A stretch of DNA of 64,000 nt from Octopus sinensis (taxonomy: Eukaryota): positions 23,746,001 through 23,810,000 of the forward strand of contig NC_043021.1 of NCBI RefSeq assembly GCF_006345805.1. Direction: 5' to 3'. The notes below the pieces were generated by a model. That model made no database searches and was not told the DNA's origin. It worked only from the letters and a program-made list of their open reading frames with translations. Below are positions 53,101-64,000 of the stretch, in pieces. The first letter of the stretch is position 1; every line of letters starts with the position of its first letter. Both the position numbers and the translations under genes were made by a program.

Positions 53101-55655
53101 AGACATATAGACAGGGTCCCGGTTACTGGAAAATGAACACGTCGCTCTTAGCGCGACAGGTTTACAGGAACCGGATTAGCGAGTTAATTAAGAGGGCGTT
53201 GGAGTGAGCCGTCGTTAACAACCGCTGGTGGTACGCCCTGAAAATGGCAATAAAATCGGAATCAATTAGGTTTAGCAAGGAATTAGCGATAGATCGAAAT
53301 AGAGTAGAGGGAGACCTGGTTAAGAAACTAGAAGAGGCACTTGCCACTGGCAGCACAACCAACGTGCTGGCTGCGAGGATGGCCCTCGACCAACACCTCA
53401 ACGCCAAGCACGAAGGTTGCGTCGTCAGAGCTAAAATGCGTGCCTTAAGGAACGAAGGGATCGAAGCTGCGCGAGAGGCCCGGGTAGTGGAGGCGCAACG
53501 TGCCCACAGAGCCACCATTCGGTCTCTAATAGATCAACAGGGATGCAGTTTACTCGAACCCGAAAGGATGTGTGAGGCCTTTCAACAGCACTTTGCTCGA
53601 CTGTTTGGTGCGAGTGGTGGATCGGAACGCGGGATGGATTTCAGTGCCTACCTGACCGACCTGCCGCGGCTCTCGGCAAGAGAAGCGGAGTGTTGTGAAA
53701 GTCCCATCACAGCCGCTGACGTGCGGGATGCGATGGCGGGCTGCGCGAGGGATAAGTCGCCTGGATTGGATGGTTTACCCTATGAGCTGTATTGTCAAAT
53801 GCCAAACTTGTTTGGCGACCTCTTGGCATCAGTCTACTGCAACTGGCAACAAAACGGGAGAAACCCCGGTTTCGTGAGCCGAGGTGCAGTGACGTTGCTG
53901 AAGAAAGACCCAAACAATGGGAATTTTATAGATAATCTCAGGCCCATCACTCTGCTCAACGCAGATTTGTCGGCATATGCGGACGATGTCACCGTCATAG
54001 TGTCGAACGAAAAACACATCCAGATGATAGGCGAGGCACTAAGAAAATACGAAACGGTGACGGGAGCGAAGATTAACCCGGAAAAGTCAGTGGGTTTGCT
54101 ACTCGGCATCTGGAGAAGCAAGCCCATGCCGTCCGACTGCGGCTCATTAGTGGGACACTGGACGGACGGACCGGTTAAATTGCTCAGGCTCTGGTTCAGC
54201 ACGAACCTCCAAATGGATAAGAACTGGGACGAGATCATGAGTAGAGTGGTCGCTCTCAGCCAAACATGGGCCGAGAGAAAGCTGTCTCTAAAAGGTCGGG
54301 CAGAGGTGGCGAACGCGTACATCGCATCCGTCATCGATTACCGCCTGACCGTCGTGCCTTGTCCCGACGCCACCATCACCAAACTGAAACGCATACTCTT
54401 CCGCTTACTGTGGAAGGGTGGCGTTCCGATGGTGAGGAAGTCCATTTGCTGTCAACATCCGTTAAATGGGAAACTGGGCATGCCGTGGTTGATGATGCGC
54501 AGGCATGCGCTGAGACTGCGACATCTCTGGAACTTCATCGACGACGGTGAACAGGTGTGGGCGCCGTTTGTGAGGCGCGCCTTCCCGCAGCTCGTCTCAC
54601 TGACCGAACTGCAAACGTGGATCAAAAAGAGACCGAAACTGGGCGATTGGCACCGAGAGTGTCGCCAAGCTCTACAGCAGCTCTGCCGACCAGGGTCAAA
54701 CTTGTGCAACTTACAAACTACTAAAGCGTTCAATAGAGGACTAGTGGAGGGGAGGTCCGACGACACACTCGGGGCAAACTTGGGCGTCGACGAGAAATTC
54801 CTAACCTGCCTGTTCAGGACGTCGTTCGGGCCGAGGCCTATGGATAACTTCCAGAAATCCCTGGCTTGGCAGTGCTATCGAGACGCACTACATGTTCGAG
54901 AGAAGAGCTACAGGCACGGTTCGAAAACCATCACCGGACCGACCTTCCCGAGATGCGGTCAGAGCGACGAAACCGTTCTGCACGCAGTCGTGCAGTGTCC
55001 AGATATTTCAGAGCTGTGGACCTTCGTCGAACAGCTGTTGTCGCGTGCAGGACGGGCCCGCTTATCGGCCGAGTCTATCGTGAATATTGCTCCACCACAT
55101 TATTTTAAACGGGAAGGGAAAACGGTTTACATTACGCTGATGGCTATGGCGAACGAATGCCTGTGGTGGACGCGTTTGAAAGGACTGCAAACAAACACCT
55201 TCCTCTCTGGTCAGTCTCTCGTCAAGTTTTTCAAGTACCACTTGAAAAGGAGGATGAGAATAGAGAGGAAGTCTTTGTCGAACGAATGTTTTAATAAAAA
55301 GTGGGTAAAAGTGGCAAAAATGGTCAGTATGAAAGACAACACTATTTTAAGCGTAAATCTGTAACCAAAAGAGACAACGAGAGGTAATGTGACTTACTCA
55401 TGTGTTCTATTTCGAACTGTCTGAGGTGACCTTGGTCTTTTTAGTAGGTTTTTCTTTCCAAGGCTACACCTAAACTGTGAACTTATATATATATATATTG
55501 CTTTTTTATACACCACACAACCCACAGATCCCTATTGATTGAACGTTTTTTTTTCTTTGTATGTCCCACCCATCCCACGTCGAAAAGAAAAAACTCTGCG
55601 TTGTATTTCGTCCATTTTTATTCTGTGTTTAGCCTTGTGTGGCTACAATAAAAAG

Positions 55656-55656
<1 letters not shown>
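50131..55656 (+). mobile_element. L1/Tx1-clade LINE copy 2: near-complete ORF1, ORF2 with in-frame RT deletion
   Basis: ORF1 50434-52312 (frameshift near 51540) with CYNCGRPEHLIAKC knuckle; endonuclease 52389-53207; ORF 53244-55364; AATAAA at 55647 then (TATC)n. Confidence 0.95.
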
Positions 55657-55713
<57 letters not shown>

Positions 55714-55715
55714 GC

Positions 55716-55777
<62 letters not shown>

Positions 55778-55915
55778 CTCTATCTGTCTGTGTATCTGTC
55801 TGTCTCTCTGTCTGTCTGTCTATCTGTTTGTCTGTCATTCTGTCTATAAATATATCTGTCTATCAATCAATCAATCAATCTATCTATCTATCTGTGTGTG
55901 TGTGTGTGTGTGTGT
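55657..55915. repeat. (TATC)n grading into (TGTC)/(TCAA)/(TG)n, right flank of the LINE stack
   Basis: Direct reading. Confidence 0.95.
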
Positions 55916-56128
55916 ATAAATGTGAGTCTGGAAGGATATACTATCCGGGCGGATACCGTATTAGCCCTTAGTTAAGTTCCAGTTAACGGCTAACCACGTC
56001 GGTCAGTATCTAATGTCTGTGACATTAGATACTGTTGTTAGCCGGTCCGTGAATTCTTCCGATGTGCAATTCCGCATACTCTTCGCTGGACGGTAAACAT
56101 ATTTTGGAGTATATATTAATACTAATAT

Positions 56129-56432
56129 ATAGGCGCAGTGTCCTAGTGGTTAGGGCAGCGGACTTGCGGTCGTAGGAACGCGGTTTCGATTCACAGACCG
56201 GGCGTTGTGTGTGTTTATTGAGCGAAAACACCTTAAAGCTCCACGAGGCTCCGGCAGGGGGTGGTGATCCCTGCTGTACTCCTTCACCACTCTTTCTCTC
56301 ACTCTTTCTGCAGTTGGCCTGCTCGCTTAGCCAGCAGGGTGGTGTCATTCGAAGGCTAAAACAATGCGAACGCATTGTGACCAGCGATGTGTAACAACAT
56401 CTGATGGTCTGGTCGGTCACGTGATCACGTGA
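56129..56432 (+). mobile_element. tRNA-derived SINE family C
   Basis: GGCGCAGTGTCCTAGTGGTTAGG / GGTTTCGATTC head; ...GGTCACGTGATCACGTGAT end. Confidence 0.85.
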
Positions 56433-56459
56433 TATTAATACTAACAATAATAAAGTGTA

Positions 56460-58500
56460 TGGAGACTTGTACATACACAGAATTCAATTTGTAGTTATAT
56501 ACTGCATATCATAATGATCTACACGTGTTTCCGCTGCAGACACTACTCATTGTTGCAATATTGTCGGTGCAGCTTCATCAACGTTTGTCCTTTTGGTATC
56601 TTCGAAGTAAATTTTTGTTAGATAGCGCTCTGTGGAAGATGGGGTCTTGTTATTTATAGGTATGTGCTGTTGAACTCATCTTCACCCCAGTCTCTGTCCG
56701 AAGTTAGGGCTTTGTCTAAAATAGGCCCACATTGAGATTATTATTTTTGTTCGTTTTAATTGTTGTGTTTGTTGCTTTTGTTTTCGAGCGTAGTGCTTGT
56801 ATTTGAAGCGTTCATATTTGTTTATATAAATTTTTAGTTGGGCTGTTCATGATTTGTGTTATAAATTGTGTAGGGTTCTTTTTTATTCATGCTGGTTATT
56901 AAATATTTTAATGTTTTTACGTTCAGTGTATGTTATTCTATTTGTTTTATCAAGCTCAATTGTTGCTGCGGCATTGGCTCTCTTGAATTATCCGCATATC
57001 TCTTAAAGGTCCTACCGTGTTTGTGCAAACATCATATCTCATATTAATTAATGTGCGTTTGATAAAAATATTTGGTAAAGTTCTGCGCATAGATTGCATA
57101 TATTTCCCCTTACTTGATAAGACTTAGCAGGATTAATTAGTTGCCAGTCGATAGAATAGCTATTGTTTTCGTCTCTAATTGATAAAATTAGTTTAGTTAG
57201 GCTTGTATTATTTAATATTTACTATTTGTCAAAGAATTTAAATGATTGGGCAGTCTCTTTTTGAAAGAAAGAGAGCCGGCTTCTATGTAAACGTATTATC
57301 TTCCCTCTGTGGTAACTTTGCATCTATAAGCCAGGTTCTTAGTTTTACATCTTGAGTCCAACCTGCTTTATCTTTAGCACTGTATGAGTGTTTGTGTGTG
57401 TGTGTGTGTGTGTGTATGGGTTTGCTTGCTATATTGTTTGCATGCATATCATGTATATAGTTTTCTGCTTACTTATATATCTCTGTTTCTTATATTTCAT
57501 CATAAATATGTGTTTGTTTGTCTTTTGTGTGTGTATTTCACTGTTCATACCTGTCTTTTTTCTTCCCGTCTGTCTTTAGTCGTTGTGTTGCGTGGTGTGG
57601 TGATGGGGGTGTTATTGTTCCATTCGTGTTTTCTGTTGAGGATTGGTCTGTCTATTAGCATGTGAGTGCCTTCTGTAATCTAAGTGTTGTGTCTGTTCTA
57701 TGCGCCGATAATACCTTAACCTCTGTGTTATTAACCGATCCTCTATGTTCTACTTGAATATGTTGGTAGAGCACTGGCGAGCCTTTCTCCTCCTTGAACT
57801 TCCGTCAGTGTTTCGTCTATTCTCTCCCTTATGCTACGCGCCGTCTCCCCGATGTAAGTTGTCTTGTTTCTGCACCGTCCCTCAGTACACCATAAGCTAT
57901 AATCTACATTTCTAATCTTACAACTAACCTGTGGGTTCATCCTAAATAATATACAATTGTTCTCCGCACATGGGGACCGATCGAAGGGATAAGTTCAGGG
58001 ATTTTATGGGGCTTCTTGGCCTTTCTACTACTTTAATCCGCAGATTTAACTTATTTAATTCTTTTCTGAAAAGGTATGTTAGTTCGCCACTAGGAGCAGT
58101 CTGAACAAACATTACACTCCGGTATTTTTGTTGTTATACCATGAGTTGGCGTTATCTATTTTTTCTTGGTCCTTTCCGTGGTGTTCCAGGATTTACTCCA
58201 ATATAGCGAGCAGAAACTATTTACATCACTCTCTATGATGACCTTGTATTCCGGCTCCCTTGTACACTCTAGATTTGTCCCTTCAGTTGTAAATAGAGAA
58301 TTGCCTGCGGTGGATGAGGTGTTGTATGTCTTTTTCCAATTTCATTGGGTCGCATATGTGGGTCACATTCCTCATCACTGTCACTAAGTCCGCTATTAGG
58401 ATATTGAACTTTGCGTTGTCTGCAATAGCTGCGTTCTTGTGGATCTGGTATTTGGAGGCAATGGATTTGGCATAATATCTGTGTGTGCGTTTGTGTGTGT
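56460..58500 (-). mobile_element. Penelope-like retroelement remnant (RT thumb + GIY-YIG endonuclease + pLTR with hammerhead-like motif)
   Basis: NAKFNILIADLVTVMRNV...ICDP (58300-58480); NVDYSLWC...TTYIGETARSIRERI (57800-57920); RPILNRKHEW; hammerhead-like motif at 56516-56585. Confidence 0.8.
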
Positions 58501-59056
58501 GCATGTGTATGTATGTGTGTGTGTGTATGTGTATGTACAGGCGTTTTTATTGATTCCTTATTAAAATCAATATTTTTCATCCGACTTCGTTCAGGCTGGA
58601 AATATAAATCCCTTGTGCTCCAGAGATGGTCATAGACTCTTCAAACTTTTCACATAATGAGTAATATTATAATAAAAGGAAAGCTAGAGTGTTCCCGTAT
58701 CACTTCCGGCAATTTTGAAGTGCAAATATAAAGTACACACACACACACACCACACACACACACGTGCCTTTTTTTGTTACCACTTTTACCCCTCCGCAAA
58801 TAACCTCAAATTTTATTAATTTGTTTTGCGGGAAGGACCGTTTCACCGGAGTCGTGTCTCGCCTTTACCTTCGAAACATTAAAAAAAATGTCCGTTTCCA
58901 TGGTTCTGTTTTTATGTTATCGTTTCTCATTGTGTTCGACGTTTTTTGGTGTCCTGTACCTATATATGCATGTATATATACATATAGATGTAGGTACGTA
59001 CATATATTTATGTATATATGCATATGTTTTATTTACTATTTTGTTATATATATATA

Positions 59057-59097
<41 letters not shown>

Positions 59098-59782
59098 AGT
59101 ATACCTCACTCTAAGTTGTTAATTGGTTCCAGAAGAGACGACTTAAGTCGAATCGCTTGCCTATAGGCTGAGCTAGGCTAAACTGCTAATAGTCATTCTC
59201 CGGTGCTGTACTTTATCTATGAATGCTTAATAAAAATAATAGCTCGCTTCAAATATTAAATCTGTATTGTAATTATGAAGAAGATTAGGAAAGATGTGTG
59301 TGTATGTGTTCTTTTTGTGCGGGAATGAGAGAAAGAAAGTCATGGAGTTGGCATCTCGTCTTAGTTTCACTTTGCAGGACAAGCAAGGAGGCAGAAGTAG
59401 GATGGCGGAGAGACAGACATGCAGGCAGACAGAGAATATAGAGGGGGAGAGATAACAGAGGGGACATAAAAAGAAAATCATAGAGAGATGGTGCCTGGTT
59501 TTAGTTTCACTTTTTGTGACAAACAGACAGACAGAATATCACTCTCTCTTTTATATATATCTATATCTATATATATATATATTTATATTTACATAGTAAT
59601 ATGTAAGGATCGAAGTGTAATCTGCAAGAGGTATAAAAAGAACCTTCAGGTACAGTAGTTGTTTTTTCAAGACTTATACACGCTCTGATACCGTATGTAT
59701 CTACAGATCAAATTTGAGTGTAATCGGATGGAGGATGTCCTAAATCCTAGAAGATATACACACAGACAGACAGAACGGATTT

Positions 59783-59925
<143 letters not shown>

Positions 59926-59942
59926 GAGATAGATAGATAGAT

Positions 59943-60593
59943 ATATTGTTGTATTTAGGATTGGTCATTTTGCCAGTTTAGCCAATAAAACACACGCTCT
60001 ATATATTTGGTGTTACTTTGCCTCAGCGTTATTTATTTTTTACATTAATCTTAATATTATTTCGGCCAGAGTTATTTCGTCATACTCCTGTGACCACATC
60101 AGTGGTCCTTTGCTTTCTTCTTTCTTATTTGTGTGTCTCTCCTTACTAAACTGCAGCCATTTTGTATTTCTATTGTATGTGTCTTCATTTGCGCATGCGT
60201 ATATCTCTATGTGTGTCTATGTGTAGTTAGTGTGTGTGTAGGGGGGGGGAGAATACCTGTAATATAAACAGGAGATATAAATATTACAGACATTCCTCCC
60301 ACACACACTAACTAAACATAGACGCACATAGAGATATACGCAAATGAAGACACACACAATAGAAATACAAAATGGCTGACGGTTAGTAAGGGGAGACAAA
60401 CAAATAAGAAAGAAGAAAGCAAAGGACCACTGATGCGGTCACAGGAGTGTGACGAAAGAATTGTGGCCGAAATAATATTAAGATTAATGTAAAAAATAAA
60501 TAACGCTGAAGCAAAGTAACACCAAATATATAGTGCGTGTGTTTTTTTTATTGACTAAACTGGCAAAATGACCATTCCTAAATACAACAATAT
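59943..60593. mobile_element. 190-bp inverted repeat pair with degenerate hammerhead cores (Penelope-type inverted pLTR fragment)
   Basis: 59943-60132 vs 60400-60593; GGACCA-CTGATG(T/C)G-GTCAC/GTGAC-GAAA...TGGCC; end motif also seen at 27610-27655. Confidence 0.6.
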
Positions 60594-60659
60594 CTGTTTC
60601 AACACACGATATCACAGCAAAAATCTTGGAAAAAATGTATATAAACGTATATATATATT

Positions 60660-60728
<69 letters not shown>

Positions 60729-60792
60729 TATATATACGGTAATAGCAAACACTGAGAATGAGCGCACGACACTGCGTTGCATTTGATATATA

Positions 60793-61362
60793 TATTGGGT
60801 TGTCCGGAAAGTTCATGCCGATTTATAGTAGCTTACCTTTCGACTTATTTTAAAACATGGTTGAGTCCATAAAATAGGATTTGACTATACCTCCATTTAG
60901 AGCATAGTTTAAGCTATCTTTTTGTGGAAGAAAGTTTATGTTCCTATAACCTGTGTTAATTCTGTAACCCTTTAAAATGGAAGATAAGAAAGTCCCTTTT
61001 CGGCATTTGATGCTTTGGGAACTAGACAAAAATTGTTGCAGCTCGGCTGGGATGTGTTACCCCACCCTCCATATTCACCAGATATTGCTCCTTCGGATTT
61101 CCACTTATTCAGGTCTCTACAGGATAGTCTTAATGGTAAAAATTTCAATTCTTTGGTTGACGTAAAAAGATACCTTGATGAATTCTTTGCCATGAAACCA
61201 CCTTAATTTTGGGAAGAGGGTATTTTCAAGTAAAAGGAAAGATGGAGACGCATTGTACAACAAAATGATTTATATTTGGTTGATTAAAAATGTAATGGCA
61301 AGTATTTATTGGCCTTTTTCTTTCCTTTAAATATCGGCACGAACTTTCCGAACAAGCCAATA
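60793..61362 (+). mobile_element. Internally deleted mariner with both TIRs and TA flanks
   Basis: TATTGGGTTGTCCGGAAAGTTCATGCCGAT / ATCGGCACGAACTTTCCGAACAAGCCAATA; LGWDVLPHPPYSPDIAPSDFHLFRSL. Confidence 0.9.
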
Positions 61363-61538
61363 TATATATATTATTTCGCACTTATTCAAACGTTCTACAC
61401 AAGGATATTGGTAATCATCCTCTTTGTTGGATAAGACTAGTGGTAGACTAACTGCTGTACTGGAAGCTGATTGGATAATGATAATCTACGTGGAGAGCTT
61501 TAACTCTTAAAAATGTAGATCTAAACTGTACATACAAG

Positions 61539-61593
<55 letters not shown>

Positions 61594-63299
61594 TATATAT
61601 TATATAAATCTATAGATAGGCTTTCATCACTTTTTCCGTTGAAATTTCGTTGACATAGCATTGCTCAATTCGATAATATCTATATGACTGATTTAGTATA
61701 GTGTCAGGCGGTAGGTTCCAACTGGTGACATGTGCTACACTGGGTGACCACAACAATTAGTAAAAGGCAATAGCAATAAATATAAGTATATCGTCTTAAG
61801 TAATGACTGTATTCTATTTAGTAATAAAAACCATTAGCTTAAAGATGTCTAGATGTTTGGCATAACGCATTTGATTTACGATGGCATGTGGATTTATGAA
61901 TATATCTTGCGCAATATGGTAGCTGTAAACGCATTTATGTGAATGTATGTTAAATGAATGAACAATGTGTTCGTATGCATATATGTATGTGCGTCAAGAA
62001 CCGGTTTCTAACCAAGATCCGAGGCTCCTTCATTGGAATTTCAAGAACATCAACAGGGCGTTTTTGTATGTATGTATGTATGTATGTATGTATGTATGTG
62101 TGTATGTATGTATGTATGCATGTATGTATTATGTATGTATATATGTATATGTGCAGATTCGTATGTTTTGTTTTATGCATGTATGCTCATTCGTATATTT
62201 GAACGTCTAAATATGTTCATACATACTTAAACAGATTTTTACAGTTCCAGTGATGATTTCGATCTGTAGTCTTCGAATCAGTTCTCTCCTTTCAGAATTT
62301 GAGAAGCCTAAATTTTCAAGTTTGTTATTTAAGCAGTATGTTACATATCCCCGTGTTCCAGTAATTACAGGTATAAACCTGAACGTGTAATCTCGAAATG
62401 TATGTATGCATGTAGGTAAGTACGTATTTTTATATATATGTATGTATGTTTGTTTATATGTATGTATGTCCTTTTTGCCTTCGTATTCTTCCTATAAGGA
62501 AGACCGTAATTTGGATACAGACAACAATAAATGTTATATGTTGAAATGTCTTATAATTGTACTGTTCCGCAAACAGATTGCATTGGTGAAGTAGGTGTTA
62601 GCTGGTCACTTTCTTCACCTGAAAAGCTTAGCTTTTCCTTTGGATCTCTTAAACATTTTCTAACATAGCTAAGACTATGGCTTAAACATTTTCTAACATA
62701 GCTAAATTAGAAAATGTATATCCAAGTACTCCAAGAATTATTGGTGGAAATATGAATTCATAGTGAGTGAGACAGAAGTAGTTATCCATAAAGTGCTTTT
62801 TCTTAATAATTTTGGCAGAGATATCCCCATCGCACGAATACCTGACCAATGTGAATATATACGACTTTTCTTTCTATCACAAGGTATTGTATCATGCCTG
62901 TTACGTTTGCGATTGGCACAAATTTTGAATTACGACGTAACTTAATGACCATGAGCCAAAAAGAAGTTTTTTTTTCACGTCATTATTATCCTCAAGATTA
63001 CAGGGTGTTTTCGTTCCAGATTTTTGGTGAGGGTTCCTAGTTTTGCAATTTTGAGTTCACATGGGAGATCATCAAGAAGTAAAAAAAACTTCTTCAGGTG
63101 AATGTCATTCTGCTTACTTTTGAGCACTTGACTAATGCATTTATTTCTGTAATAGTTCTTTTATAGAAATTGTCTGCTGAGAAAATCTCGAACGCGACTG
63201 AAGATAGAAAACTCCGAATGACCCGTCCTTGTTTTTTCCTGTCCTTTTTTGTATCGTCTAACTGTCCGGATGTTTTGTTATGTTCTTGTTACATTTTTG

Positions 63300-63765
63300 C
63301 TTCATTTTCCGTCAATCAAATCCACTCACAAGTTTTTGGTCGGCCCGAGTCTATAGTAGAAGATACTTGCCCAAGGTGCCACGTAGTGGGACTGAACTCG
63401 GAACCATGTGGCTGGTAAGTAAGCTACTTACCACACAGCCATTCCTAGGCGCAGGCGTGGCCGTGTGGCAAATATCTTGCTTTCCCACCACAAAGTTCTG
63501 GGTTCAGTCCCACAGCATCGCATCTTAGGCAAGTGTCTTCTGCTATAGCCTCGGGGCGATCAAAGCCTTGTGAGTGAATTTGGTGAATGGAAACTGGAAA
63601 AATCCCGTCGTATATATACTTATATGTATACATTTGTGTATGTGTGTGTGTGTGTCTGTGTTTGTCCCCACAACATCGCTTGACAACCGATGCTGGTGTG
63701 TTAATATCCCCGTAACTTAGCGGTGGGGCTCCAGGACGGCCGCAGTCAAATGACTGAAACAGGTG
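63300..63765. mobile_element. Two SINE family A copies head-to-head (63300-63447 minus, 63448-63765 plus)
   Basis: Both match family A; the heads abut directly. Confidence 0.8.
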
Positions 63766-63768
63766 AAG

Positions 63769-63816
<48 letters not shown>

Positions 63817-63833
63817 TATATATATATTTACAC

Positions 63834-63865
<32 letters not shown>

Positions 63866-64000
63866 ATATATTTGTATATATAAATATGTATATATATATA
63901 TATAGGAAAAAATATAGGTGGCTCGTACTCATCAGCCGAAAAAACATCAGAGATTCCCAAACATCAAAGGGGGTAATGTTACACTTATGAAACATCATGG

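Noticed and set aside
56129-56205. tRNA gene (also heads at 1620, 9907, 12560, 23484, 37640-37710, 39740-39808)
   Set aside because: A/B-box heads continue into SINE bodies and do not close a proper acceptor stem
62671-62706. 24-bp direct repeat TTAAACATTTTCTAACATAGCTAA with a 9-bp spacer
   Set aside because: Simple local duplication; nothing inserted between the copies

Overview
Repeat-dense animal genomic DNA, most likely octopus/coleoid cephalopod (inferred from the SINE families and microsatellite load; not verified by search). The ORF track misses the host genes because they are split into short exons. Read manually, the minus strand carries a complete 4-exon, 199-aa stanniocalcin-like secreted protein gene (43165..26576) and the first two exons of a tandem paralog (15704..5039, continuing off the left edge). 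The rest is mobile DNA: three L1/Tx1-clade LINE copies stacked head-to-tail in one (TATC)n microsatellite (44.0-55.7 kb), R4/Dong-like RLE retroelement 3' ends and a non-coding passenger element nested in (TAA)n tracts (0-7.3 kb), Penelope-like remnants and Penelope-type inverted repeats carrying about nine hammerhead-ribozyme-like motifs, Tc1/mariner and Helitron fragments, and many tRNA-derived SINEs. Most long ORFs in the track are microsatellite artefacts. All alignments and folds were done by eye; no database search was run.
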